32,000 bases of DNA, from contig JALHOH010000001.1 in the NCBI GenBank assembly GCA_022843095.1, positions 330,001 to 362,000 on the forward strand. Direction: 5' to 3'. The translations under genes and the position numbers were made by a program. The notes below the pieces were generated by a model that was not told the origin of the DNA, ran no database searches, and saw nothing but the letters and a program-made list of their open reading frames with translations. Positions 1 through 8,818 of this stretch are shown piece after piece; the stretch's first letter is position 1; every line of letters begins with the position of its first letter. This DNA is from Candidatus Saccharimonadota bacterium. Lineage in GTDB: Bacteria > Patescibacteriota > Patescibacteriia > 2-12-FULL-60-25.

Positions 1-1
1 C

Positions 2-1429
2 GGGGTGATTCGTGTACGCGGATTCTTTTTTGGGGCGTTGGGCGAAGAGCAGCCGATTCAGGTCATGAGCACCTATCGTCCGCTTGGGTATGGAAAAGAC
101 GTGGAAGGGTTGCAGACGTCGGTTGTGCGTCTGGGGCAAACGGTGTTCATGGGACAGCTGCTTGCCCCGCCAAAAGCAGTTGCGGGCGATCCGGTGACGT
201 TGCGATACGAGGTGGCGAATCGCGGAGATCAGCCGATGCGGAGCGTGGTGGCGCGGATTACCGTCCCACGGGCGTTTGTGCCGGCGCAAGCAACCAGTTC
301 CGGTGGGGTGGTGGAGCTTGCGATGGGATCACTTCCCCCGAACGCGACCGGGACCGTCCAATTGCTGGGATCGTTTGCAGCAGGGACGAGTGGGGACATG
401 GATTTTCATGCGGAAGCCGGTTGGAAGCGTGAAGATGGACGGTTTTTGGTTGCGCAGCAAGCCGATGCGCGTGTTGGGGTGTTTGCCGGAGACCTGTTGT
501 TGCGACTTGTGGCAAACGGGGCAGATACGGATAAAACCATTCAACCAGGAGAGCCGTTGCGGATGGCGCTTGCGTATCAAAACGTAAGTCCAGAGCCGCT
601 AAAAGACGTGAGTCTTACCGTTGGATTTGAAACGATCATGAACGGGTTGTCTGCAACCGGGACTTCTCTTTTGGATTGGGGGCGGTTGGATGATGCGCGT
701 GGCGGGGCCTCCAGTACAAAAACGCGGATTCAGACCATCACCTATACCAAGCGGGAACTGCCACAGCTTGAATCATTGCCCCCACAAAGCGAAGGTCTGA
801 TTGAAATTGGTTTGCCGACGCGCGGGGTGGCAAGCGGGACACGTGATGCCATGATTCGCATTCTGGTGACCGGGCAGGTGCCGGTGGTCGGAGAAACCCG
901 TGTCCAGCGCACCGTGCGGTTGCCGGCGCTTTCGTTGCGCTACAAGAGCGATGCGGTGCTTGCGTCTGAAGCGTGGTATTACACAGAAGAAGGCGCGCCG
1001 GTTGGATATGGACCGCTTCCGCCGGTCGTAGGGAAGACGACGTCGTATCGTATTGTATGGCGCATCGAAAAGCGATTGCATCCACTGCAGAATGTGAAGG
1101 TCAGCGCCGTGCTCCCAAAGATCGTACGGTGGAGTGGAAAGACGATGGGAACCGGCGGAACGTTGTTGTTTGATGAAACAACGCGTGTGATGAGCTGGAC
1201 CATGCCAGAGATAGCGGATGGGATGCAGGAGGCAGAAGTCGCTTTTGATGTGCAGGTGACACCAGAAGAGCCGGACGCGGGACGATTCGCATCGCTGCTT
1301 GGCGAAACAAAATTGGAGGCCACGGATGCTGCGGTAAACGAGCCGGTTGTCCGTTTGCGCCCGCCTCTTTCCACGGATTTGCAGAATGATGATGGGGCAA
1401 AAGGCAAGGGTGTCGTACGCGCAAAATAG
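2..1429 (+). CDS. C-terminal part of a large surface/secreted protein with DUF11/CARDB-like beta-sandwich repeats (5' end lies outside the window)
   Basis: The ORF is open from the window edge. It has repeat-type segments 'GDPVTLRYEVANRGDQPMRSVVARITVP' and 'GEPLRMALAYQNVSPEPLKDVSLTV' that recall DUF11/CARDB repeats. This is family resemblance from memory only. Confidence 0.5.
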   Translation, partial: GVIRVRGFFFGALGEEQPIQVMSTYRPLGYGKDVEGLQTSVVRLGQTVFMGQLLAPPKAVAGDPVTLRYEVANRGDQPMRSVVARITVPRAFVPAQATSSGGVVELAMGSLPPNATGTVQLLGSFAAGTSGDMDFHAEAGWKREDGRFLVAQQADARVGVFAGDLLLRLVANGADTDKTIQPGEPLRMALAYQNVSPEPLKDVSLTVGFETIMNGLSATGTSLLDWGRLDDARGGASSTKTRIQTITYTKRELPQLESLPPQSEGLIEIGLPTRGVASGTRDAMIRILVTGQVPVVGETRVQRTVRLPALSLRYKSDAVLASEAWYYTEEGAPVGYGPLPPVVGKTTSYRIVWRIEKRLHPLQNVKVSAVLPKIVRWSGKTMGTGGTLLFDETTRVMSWTMPEIADGMQEAEVAFDVQVTPEEPDAGRFASLLGETKLEATDAAVNEPVVRLRPPLSTDLQNDDGAKGKGVVRAK

Positions 1430-1447
1430 CCAATGAACACAACCCTC

Positions 1448-1478
1448 TTGGCAATGTATACAACCTGTATGCTATAGT
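1448..1478 (+). promoter_or_regulatory. Putative promoter: -35 TTGGCA (1448-1453), extended -10 TGcTATAGT (1470-1478)
   Basis: Sigma70-like hexamers are read directly from the sequence. The spacer is 19 nt, which is long. The ATG at 1495 follows 16 nt after the -10 with no Shine-Dalgarno sequence. Confidence 0.4.
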
Positions 1479-1494
1479 GGTTGTATCTCTCTCT

Positions 1495-2778
1495 ATGCCC
1501 ATCCGCGGAGGTCGTCGTCCAAGTGTTGTGCCTATTACGGCGCCGTCATTTCCGACGCCACCACGTCCCCACGTCTACCGAAAAATCGCGTACACATTTC
1601 TTGCCTTCACGATTTTCATCGTCGTCGGCGTGTTGTGGCTGACCTCCGTGCGTGCGGATGTGACGGTCAAGGTGGCGCGTGGCACGGTCGTGTTGGACGG
1701 CGGGGTAGAAATCGCGAAAACGCCCACGACGGGACAGTTACCCGGACGGGTGTTGCAGGACGTTTTCATGAAAAGCTCGACGTTTGAAGTAAAGGCGCAG
1801 CCCCCGGCAGAACCCCCGCCAACGTCTCCGAATCCAGAAACCCCTCCCGCACCCGCGGTCAACGAATCTTGGGTGGCGAAAGGGACCGTTCGTGTCATCA
1901 ACAAATATTCGCGTGATCAGAAGTTGGTCAAAACAACGCGATTACTGACGGCTGATGGCAAATTGTATCGCATCGAAAAAGACATTGTTGTTCCAAAGGG
2001 TAAAGAGGTGGCGGTTGGCGTCTATGCGGACAAGCCTGGTTCGACATTTGCGATTGCTCCCACTAAGTTCACGATTCCCGGCCTCTTTGAGGGGATTCAG
2101 CCACATATTTACGCGGTTTCAGATCAGCCGTTTGCCTTGATGGAGCCATCGGCAAGCGCACCAACGCCAACTCCTACCCCGACGCCGACCCCGTCTGTTC
2201 CGCCCGTTGGAACGCTTGTCACAGCACAGCACATCGCCGACGCGCAGCGGACGTTGCGCGAACAGGTCATCGAGGAGGCAAAAAAGCAGCTATTGGCGCG
2301 ATTGGGTGACGCTTCGTATTCCGAGGTGGTGTATCGCGTTCGTGAAATTGATAAGCCGGGATCAAGTGTCAGTGCCGGGCAATACGCCGAGCGGTTTATC
2401 GCCTCTGTAAAACTGGAAGTGACGGCGGTGTATTTTACGAAAGAGGATATGCAGGCGCTTGTGCGTGGCAAGTTGCTCGAAAAAATCCCGCAAGGACGCG
2501 AATACGTGACGGACGGCGCGCCTCCGGCGTTTATGATCGAGGCGGTGGACGCGAACGCCGAAGTGGCGACCGTGAATGTGAAGGCGGAAGGGGGATATCG
2601 ATTAACCGCAAATAGCGCATCGCTTCAAAAAGAGGCCGTCGCCGGATTACATAAAGACGAAGCGGTCAAAAAACTAAAGGCGGTGGAAGGGGTCGAAGAC
2701 GCGACGGTGAGCATTTCTCCGAGTTGGTTTAGCAAAATCCCAGCGTTAAAAGATCATATCGAGGTGAAGGTTGAATGA
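1495..2778 (+). CDS. N-terminally membrane-anchored hypothetical protein with Pro/Thr-rich linkers
   Basis: This is a long ORF. ATG 1495 is preferred over the track start at 1477, which lies inside the -10 element. It has one hydrophobic segment, 'IAYTFLAFTIFIVVGVLWLTSV', and linkers 'PPAEPPPTSPNPETPPAPA' and 'PTPTPTPTPTP'. I recognise no domain. Confidence 0.6.
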   Translation: MPIRGGRRPSVVPITAPSFPTPPRPHVYRKIAYTFLAFTIFIVVGVLWLTSVRADVTVKVARGTVVLDGGVEIAKTPTTGQLPGRVLQDVFMKSSTFEVKAQPPAEPPPTSPNPETPPAPAVNESWVAKGTVRVINKYSRDQKLVKTTRLLTADGKLYRIEKDIVVPKGKEVAVGVYADKPGSTFAIAPTKFTIPGLFEGIQPHIYAVSDQPFALMEPSASAPTPTPTPTPTPSVPPVGTLVTAQHIADAQRTLREQVIEEAKKQLLARLGDASYSEVVYRVREIDKPGSSVSAGQYAERFIASVKLEVTAVYFTKEDMQALVRGKLLEKIPQGREYVTDGAPPAFMIEAVDANAEVATVNVKAEGGYRLTANSASLQKEAVAGLHKDEAVKKLKAVEGVEDATVSISPSWFSKIPALKDHIEVKVE

Positions 2779-2784
2779 TTTGGC

Positions 2785-2818
2785 TTGCAAGTCCTCGTCC
2801 TTCGCGTAAGAATGGAGG
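2785..2818 (+). promoter_or_regulatory. Putative thrS promoter (TTGCAA, 16 nt spacer, TAAGAA) plus GGAGG ribosome-binding site (2814-2818)
   Basis: The hexamers and the Shine-Dalgarno sequence are read directly. The SD lies 6 nt upstream of ATG 2825. Confidence 0.4.
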
Positions 2819-2824
2819 CCTGAT

Positions 2825-4612
2825 ATGCCTCCGATCGAAACACAACGACATAGCGCGGCACACCTGCTCGCCGCCGCCGTCAAACGCCTCTATCCTGAGG
2901 CGAAATTAGGCGTTGGTCCTGTGGTGGAACATGGGTTTTATTACGACATCGACCTTGGACGTCCCATCACGACCGAAGAGTTGGAAACGATCAGCGCGAC
3001 CATGCGTGAGATTCAGGCGGAAAATCCGGCGTTTGTGCGTCAGGAGTTGTCCATCGACGAGGCGATCGCGTTGTTTACGGAACTTGGTCAGACGTACAAG
3101 GTTGAATTGTTAAACGATCTAAAGACCAAAGGGACGACCAAAGTGTCTGCAGAAGAGGCGCAGGATGTGGATCCGCAGAATGTGGGCGTTGTGACGGTGT
3201 ATCGCACGGGCGCTTTCGTGGATCTTTGCCGTGGTCCGCACGTGACGGAGGCGAAGGAGATCGGGGCATGGAAATTGACCAAGATTGCCGGAGCCTATTG
3301 GCGTGGCAAAGCGGAGAATCCGCAAATGCAGCGCGTGTACGGGTTGTGTTTTACGACGGCCGAAGAACTGGCAGCGCATGAAACCATGCTTGCGGAGGCA
3401 GAAAAGCGCGATCACCGAAAATTGGGCAAAGAGTTGGGGTTGTTCGTGTTTTCTGATCTGGTTGGCCCGGGGCTTCCGCTTTGGACACCGCGCGGCACGA
3501 TTATTCGTGAACTCCTGAATGAATTCGTGTGGCAACTGCGTAAGCCCCACGGCTATCAGCGCGTCACGATTCCACACATCACCAAAAAAGAGCTGTACGA
3601 AACCTCTGGGCACTGGGCGAAATACGCGGAGGATCTGTTTAAGATTCAGACGCGCGAAGCGCATTTGTATGCGATGAAGCCGATGAACTGTCCGCATCAC
3701 GCGCAGATCTATGCCAGCGAGCCACGTTCGTATCGCGAACTTCCGGTACGCTACGCCGAAACAACGATGGTCTATCGCGATGAGCAATCCGGAGAATTGT
3801 CTGGACTTTCGCGCGTGTTGTCGATCACACAGGACGATGCGCACGTGTTTTGCCGCGTGTCACAGGTGCGTGATGAGGCAGAAAAGGTGTGGGACATCAT
3901 CCAGCGGTTTTACGCGGTGTTCGGGTTTTCGCTTAAGCCGCGCCTGTCCCGTCGTGATCCGGAGAAGGCGGAAAAATATCTGGGAAGTCCGGAAGATTGG
4001 GATCGCGCCGAATCCGCTCTCCGCGACATGCTGACGGAGAAGGGGGTGGAGTGGATCGATGGGCCCGGTGAGGCGGCGTTTTACGGTCCAAAGATCGATT
4101 TCATGGCAAAAGATTCGCTTGGACGTACCTGGCAGGTGGCGACCATCCAGTTGGATTTTAACCAGCCACGCAATTTTGGCCTGGCTTGCGTCAACGAACA
4201 GGGGGAGAAGGAGTCGATTTTGATGATCCACTGCGCGATCATGGGATCGATTGAGCGATTCATGAGCGTGTTGATCGAGCACTTTGCCGGAGCATTCCCA
4301 TTCTGGCTTTCTCCGGTGCAGGTGGGGATCTTGCCAGTGGCAGATCGTCATGCGCCGTTCGCATACGAGGTGGCCGCTCGTTTTCGTGAAGCGGGTTTCC
4401 GCGTCGAGGTGGATGAAACCCCGGAATCGGTCGGAAAAAAGATTCGGAACGCAGAGACGAAAAAATGGCCTGTGATGCTGGTTGTCGGGGATAAAGAGAT
4501 GGAGTCCGGCGCTTTCACGGTCCGTCGTCGTGGGTCAAAAGATCAGCAAACTATCGAAGAGGCCGCCTTGCTTGCAGAGCTGGTAGCACTGGTGGCAGAA
4601 AAACGCATCTAA
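2825..4612 (+). CDS. thrS: Threonyl-tRNA synthetase (starts at the editing domain, no N-terminal TGS domain)
   Basis: The 595-aa protein has the editing-domain motif 'HSAAHLLAAAV' at its N-terminus. It also has class II core motifs ('YAMKPMNCPHH', 'FYGPKIDF') and a C-terminal anticodon-binding region. Confidence 0.93.
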   Translation: MPPIETQRHSAAHLLAAAVKRLYPEAKLGVGPVVEHGFYYDIDLGRPITTEELETISATMREIQAENPAFVRQELSIDEAIALFTELGQTYKVELLNDLKTKGTTKVSAEEAQDVDPQNVGVVTVYRTGAFVDLCRGPHVTEAKEIGAWKLTKIAGAYWRGKAENPQMQRVYGLCFTTAEELAAHETMLAEAEKRDHRKLGKELGLFVFSDLVGPGLPLWTPRGTIIRELLNEFVWQLRKPHGYQRVTIPHITKKELYETSGHWAKYAEDLFKIQTREAHLYAMKPMNCPHHAQIYASEPRSYRELPVRYAETTMVYRDEQSGELSGLSRVLSITQDDAHVFCRVSQVRDEAEKVWDIIQRFYAVFGFSLKPRLSRRDPEKAEKYLGSPEDWDRAESALRDMLTEKGVEWIDGPGEAAFYGPKIDFMAKDSLGRTWQVATIQLDFNQPRNFGLACVNEQGEKESILMIHCAIMGSIERFMSVLIEHFAGAFPFWLSPVQVGILPVADRHAPFAYEVAARFREAGFRVEVDETPESVGKKIRNAETKKWPVMLVVGDKEMESGAFTVRRRGSKDQQTIEEAALLAELVALVAEKRI

Positions 4613-4615
4613 CAA

Positions 4616-4639
4616 ACACCCCGCCTATTGGCGGGGTGT
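4616..4639. terminator. GC-rich hairpin between convergent thrS and the 648-aa ORF (bidirectional terminator candidate)
   Basis: A 10-bp stem ACACCCCGCC/GGCGGGGTGT with loop TATT. It is flanked by a short A/T run on each side. Confidence 0.55.
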
Positions 4640-4648
4640 GTTGCATCT

Positions 4649-6595
4649 TTAGCGGGTGTCTCGGAGCGCTTGGGCGGTTTTGTGGAGCAGCTGACGCGCT
4701 TCTTGGAGCGCCAGGACATAGTCTTCGTCCTGTGAGGCGTCCGCATCATCCGGAATCGACTCGAGGATGCGCTTTTGCACGGCGATGCGTTGCCCGAGCG
4801 CCAATCGTTCGGCCCCTTTTGCTTCGCTTAGTCGATCTTTGATGTCACGCAACGTGGATTGAACGGCGCGTACCTTTTCCCAGCGGCTTTGATAACGCCG
4901 ATTCTCGGTGAGATCTAGCAAGACATCATGGAGTTTTGCGGAGAGCGCCGCCACCTGTTCCGGAAACGGGGGAGCGCTCCCAAGGAGGACGAGAAGTTGG
5001 GAATGCAGGTTTTGCGCCTGCATGATCGCCCGGTCGATATCTTCTGTCGTCAGCGTGTGCGCATGGTATTTTTCCTCGTACCACGACTTGAGTGATGCAT
5101 AGGATTGCTGAATCCCTTCAAACATCCCAGTTTCTTGTAAGGAAAGTTCCCGTGTTGGGAGGGAAGTTTTTGGACCAGCTTCCAGGCGTCGTGATCGCGC
5201 GGGTTGTTTCCGACGTGGGGTTTCTGGGGTTGGTTCTGCGGGGGAGTATGGGTGCCAGTTGGCGAGCTCAAGGCGAGTCTGATCCAGGGCATCGTTGGTC
5301 ACGCTCCAGGCGTGGTGTAGTGCCTCCCAGGTGTTCGATTCCGGTCCTTTTCCGGAGGCGGCGCGTAAGGCATTCCTCAATCGTTCGCGGAGAGGGATGC
5401 GAGGGGCGACTAATCCATTCACCAAATCAAAGACATCATCGCCGTAGCGAGACAGTTGTTCCTCAATCTTTCCACGTTGTTGTTCGAGTCGCACCACCTC
5501 TCTTCGGAGGTCTTCTCGGCGCTTGAGATGCGTAAGTTCTTCCGCCGAAGGTTCACGCGGCGTGGCCGGAGGTTCAGTCTCTTGTTTTTTGGCAACGGGT
5601 GTTTCGGGCCGTGTCTTTGTTTCGGGTTTGATTTCTAATCCAGCACCAAGGTCCAGTGATTCAGAGGTTTCTGCAATCCCGGCAAGCGAGCGCAGGGCGT
5701 CAATTTCTTTCTTTAAGCGGATCACACTTGGGAGGGTATCGTTGCCCGGTCCAACTTTTGCAAGGAGCTCTTCTAATCGAATTTCTTGCTTCCGAAGGAC
5801 GGTGGCTGGAAGTGTTTCGAGTGCATCAAATCGAGCTTGCTGTGAGGCGACGAGGTCTTTGTTCGCCGGAGCGGTGAAATACTGCGCGCGACGTGCCAAG
5901 GTCGCACGCGTTTCCTCTTGGAGCGCACGATCCGTGAGAAGCGTTTGAACGAGTGTAGCGGTAAATAGTCGTGGATCGGCCAATCCGGCGAGAATGGCGG
6001 AGACGGGAGAGGGGGTCTCTTCCTGAGTGTTGGACCGTTCTGTGGCGACAACCCGGTTCACTTCTTCGCGAAGACGGATGAGTTCTGCCCGTGTTTTTGG
6101 ATAGTCTGAAAATCGTTCAATTTGGGTTGAAAGTTGGTCCGCCACCTTTTTACGAAGCGTAGGTTGCTGGCGCAACACTTCTTGTGCGCGCGTGCGTCCG
6201 TCTCCGGTCGATCGGAGTGCACTTACGATGGTTTGTGGCGTAAATGAGGCGGAAGCTGCTTCTTGTCGGGAAGTCATAGCGGATGCACTCGCACGGGTGG
6301 CGAGAAGCGCATCCAGGGGGGCGAGAGACGCTTCAAGCTCCGCGGTATTTTTTGGAGGGACGGCTTGTTGTTCGGTCGCTTCTTTCCATGCAGAAAACGC
6401 GCGTTGCACCGAGGCACTGAGTCGATCAAGGTCTTCCCGCGAGGCTGTACCGGATCGTTTGAGATCCTGAAGCGCGTCGTATCGTTCTTGATAGATCCGA
6501 TGTCGTCGCAAGGCTTCCGTTTCTTGAAGCGATTGTTCAAGGGTGTGTAGGCGTTCCAAATCCGGTGCGGGTTGAACGGGGGAGGGGGCGGACAT
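4649..6595 (-). CDS. Large highly charged, Ala/Glu/Arg/Leu-rich (coiled-coil-like) hypothetical protein, about 648 aa
   Basis: This is a long ORF. The start is set at ATG 6595 ('MSAPSPVQPAP') because the upstream extension overlaps the preceding gene and its terminator. A TGGTACACT element lies 14 nt upstream. No TM segment, signal peptide or recognisable domain. Confidence 0.6.
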   Translation of the reverse strand: MSAPSPVQPAPDLERLHTLEQSLQETEALRRHRIYQERYDALQDLKRSGTASREDLDRLSASVQRAFSAWKEATEQQAVPPKNTAELEASLAPLDALLATRASASAMTSRQEAASASFTPQTIVSALRSTGDGRTRAQEVLRQQPTLRKKVADQLSTQIERFSDYPKTRAELIRLREEVNRVVATERSNTQEETPSPVSAILAGLADPRLFTATLVQTLLTDRALQEETRATLARRAQYFTAPANKDLVASQQARFDALETLPATVLRKQEIRLEELLAKVGPGNDTLPSVIRLKKEIDALRSLAGIAETSESLDLGAGLEIKPETKTRPETPVAKKQETEPPATPREPSAEELTHLKRREDLRREVVRLEQQRGKIEEQLSRYGDDVFDLVNGLVAPRIPLRERLRNALRAASGKGPESNTWEALHHAWSVTNDALDQTRLELANWHPYSPAEPTPETPRRKQPARSRRLEAGPKTSLPTRELSLQETGMFEGIQQSYASLKSWYEEKYHAHTLTTEDIDRAIMQAQNLHSQLLVLLGSAPPFPEQVAALSAKLHDVLLDLTENRRYQSRWEKVRAVQSTLRDIKDRLSEAKGAERLALGQRIAVQKRILESIPDDADASQDEDYVLALQEARQLLHKTAQALRDTR

Positions 6596-6609
6596 AGCGA
6601 ATTGATCAA

Positions 6610-6618
6610 AGTGTACCA
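6610..6618 (-). promoter_or_regulatory. Extended -10 element TGGTACACT
   Basis: Read on the minus strand. It lies 14 nt upstream of ATG 6595 and directly downstream of the 6629-6671 terminator. Confidence 0.4.
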
Positions 6619-6628
6619 CATTGCACGT

Positions 6629-6671
6629 CCAAAAACAGAACACCCCTCTTCCTGCAGAGAAGAGGGGTGTG
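6629..6671 (-). terminator. Rho-independent terminator of the 700-aa ORF
   Basis: A 12-bp stem ACACCCCTCTTC/GAAGAGGGGTGT with a 7-nt loop. On the minus strand it is followed by TTCTGTTTTTGG. Confidence 0.7.
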
Positions 6672-6674
6672 TGG

Positions 6675-8777
6675 TTACTGACTTCCCCCGAAGAAGCTCT
6701 TGAAGAAACGGGAGATGCGTTGGCCGATGGTTTTTGGAGGCGTTGATTCTGGGAGCGTGGGACGGTTCTGAGTACTCGTGGGAGCGCTCGGAGCGATCGC
6801 CGCGCGTTTCCCGGGACGTCGTTTTCGGGCATCTGCTGCTTCGCCCGCTAAATCGCCTTCTTGAATTTCACGAATTTCTTGGTATCGAGTGCGTTGAGGT
6901 GCCCAGGCCTCTGCGTGTGGCATGAAGCGATCACCTTCCATCTTATCGGACATGAGGAGGATTAGTTCTTTTCGCGTTTGCTCCGTCATGTTTGCGAAGT
7001 CCCTCGGATCAATCTCCGGGAATGTACGTTCCAGGACAGCGGTGAGAAGGCGCCACTGTTCAGGGTTTTTGCGGGATGTATCCAGGAGCCAAGCGGCTTT
7101 TTTGTAGGCGTCAATACGAATTTCCTCTTGTTTTCGTTCATCCCATTCTTCTGCGGAAGTGGTTGCGCCAAACAGATCTACCCCGTCTTTTGGTCGTGGG
7201 AACAGTCCGGCTGGAGGTGTTCCATCCTTCTGGGTCAACGAACGTATCCGGCGACGGTGTTTGGGGTTGATTTTGGCAAAGTACGCCTCTTCTTCTTCCG
7301 ATCCAGTCGTTACGTAGTCCTCATCAATATCAAACCCTTCCTGCATCGCACGGGCAACCGCCGCTTCGAATGCCTGTTCGGATCTCGCCGCGGCAAGAGC
7401 TTTTTCTTTTGTTGGTGCGATTGGCTGAGGGATGCGGTTGCGTTTTCTGCTGGAGAGTGAGGTGTCGATTTCTTCGGCGGTAGCCATCGGATGCTCTTTC
7501 ATGATCTTCGCAGACGCTTTTCGGCGTTCCTCCGCGCGCGTATCCATGTCGATGATCATGGATGGTTCCGGTTTGGTTCGCGTTTCACCTCCGTCCACGA
7601 CAAAGGGTTTTGTGATACCGTACTCTACTCGATCCGAAGGGGGAGGGGCTGTGCGACGTGTAGATTTCTTCGCAGGTCGTTTTGGTGCGGGCGCTTCTTC
7701 AACGTCAAGAATATCCTCAGCGCTGAGTTCCGTTTCTTCCTCGGTGTCTGGGATGAATTCTAATTCTGGCCCTTCGTTCGCTTCTTCACGGGTGAGAATG
7801 ATTGCATCGTGGACCTCTTGGAGTTTATTCAACTCCGCCTGCATGTTTGAGACGGTTTCTGGATTTGGAACCTGTCCTGCATCCAAAATACTCCGGACCG
7901 CAGCCATGCGTTGCTCAACCAAGTTTTTCACATCCTCCATTTCGACGATAACGTAGTCTCGGAAGACGTTCTGGTTTTTATACTTTTCACGGAGGCGATC
8001 CATTTCAGCCTGCACGCCCTCACGGTAGCCTTTTTCGTCAAAGCGTCCGTCTTTTACGTACTTCTCGGCAAACGAAGCCGCCATCCCAAGCGGGGACGCC
8101 CGGCGACCTTTGTCGTACTTCGCATAGGAGGCCTCCGCGGCTTCCGCGGCACGGGCCGCACCTTCGCGCATCCGTCCTTTCAGGACATCCAGTTTTTCTT
8201 GTTTCTTTGCCTCGTCCGCCCGACGATGCCCTTCCACAACCTGAAGCGTTTGTTCGTATGTTTTTGCCAGTTGTTCTTCGTTGTAGCGGGTTTGCAGTCC
8301 CTTGATCTGGGCCAGCTTCTCTTTAGCGGCACGTCCGGCAGCGCCCGTTCCATCCGTGCGCGCTAAGATGTCTTCATTTGCCCGCATCGCTGTTTTGAAC
8401 AGACGTTCTGGCGTGCGGATGTTTACAAGCGCATCATCCACCTCTTCTCGAGGCTTTCCCGAGGCATGTGCTTTTTGGGACATCTCTTCAAGTACTTCGA
8501 CGACCGCCGTGCGCTTTTCATCATCTAAAAGCAGTTCGATATCATCCGGTGCCAAAAAACGGGGCGTAATCGCTTTTCTTGCGAGCGCCTCCGCTCGTTC
8601 GCGTTCTTTTTTGAGCAGCTCGCGCGCTTTATCTCGGGCGCGATAGGCGACGTCGAGGTGGGCTTTGGTTTCAGGAAAGGCGGGGACTTCGCAGCCGCCT
8701 GATTGGTCGGCACGTTGCTTTTGTTCGGCAAATGAATCCGAACGAGCGGCTTCGGCAAATTTGCGTGGGCGTGGCAT
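6675..8777 (-). CDS. Large highly charged hypothetical protein (about 700 aa) with a MinD-like C-terminal amphipathic helix
   Basis: This is a long ORF. ATG 8777 ('MPRPRKFAEAA') is preferred. The alternative is TTG 8822, which overlaps the PP2C stop codon. The C-terminus is 'RISRFFKSFFGGSQ'. I recognise no other domain. Confidence 0.6.
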   Translation of the reverse strand: MPRPRKFAEAARSDSFAEQKQRADQSGGCEVPAFPETKAHLDVAYRARDKARELLKKERERAEALARKAITPRFLAPDDIELLLDDEKRTAVVEVLEEMSQKAHASGKPREEVDDALVNIRTPERLFKTAMRANEDILARTDGTGAAGRAAKEKLAQIKGLQTRYNEEQLAKTYEQTLQVVEGHRRADEAKKQEKLDVLKGRMREGAARAAEAAEASYAKYDKGRRASPLGMAASFAEKYVKDGRFDEKGYREGVQAEMDRLREKYKNQNVFRDYVIVEMEDVKNLVEQRMAAVRSILDAGQVPNPETVSNMQAELNKLQEVHDAIILTREEANEGPELEFIPDTEEETELSAEDILDVEEAPAPKRPAKKSTRRTAPPPSDRVEYGITKPFVVDGGETRTKPEPSMIIDMDTRAEERRKASAKIMKEHPMATAEEIDTSLSSRKRNRIPQPIAPTKEKALAAARSEQAFEAAVARAMQEGFDIDEDYVTTGSEEEEAYFAKINPKHRRRIRSLTQKDGTPPAGLFPRPKDGVDLFGATTSAEEWDERKQEEIRIDAYKKAAWLLDTSRKNPEQWRLLTAVLERTFPEIDPRDFANMTEQTRKELILLMSDKMEGDRFMPHAEAWAPQRTRYQEIREIQEGDLAGEAADARKRRPGKRAAIAPSAPTSTQNRPTLPESTPPKTIGQRISRFFKSFFGGSQ

Positions 8778-8789
8778 ACGAATGGGATG

Positions 8790-8798
8790 AGTATACCA
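8790..8798 (-). promoter_or_regulatory. Extended -10 element TGGTATACT
   Basis: Read on the minus strand in the 41-nt gap after the PP2C stop codon. It lies 12 nt upstream of ATG 8777. Confidence 0.4.
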
Positions 8799-8818
8799 CG
8801 AGTTATGGATGACGAAAA

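Noticed and set aside
2155-2200. A short tandem-looking CC(A/G)AC(G/T)-type repeat.
   Set aside because: It simply encodes a (Pro-Thr)n linker ('PTPTPTPTPTP') inside the 1495-2778 CDS. It is not a DNA-level repeat element or a CRISPR array.
3119-3844. A 241-aa minus-strand ORF inside thrS.
   Set aside because: It lies entirely antisense to the unambiguous ThrRS coding sequence.
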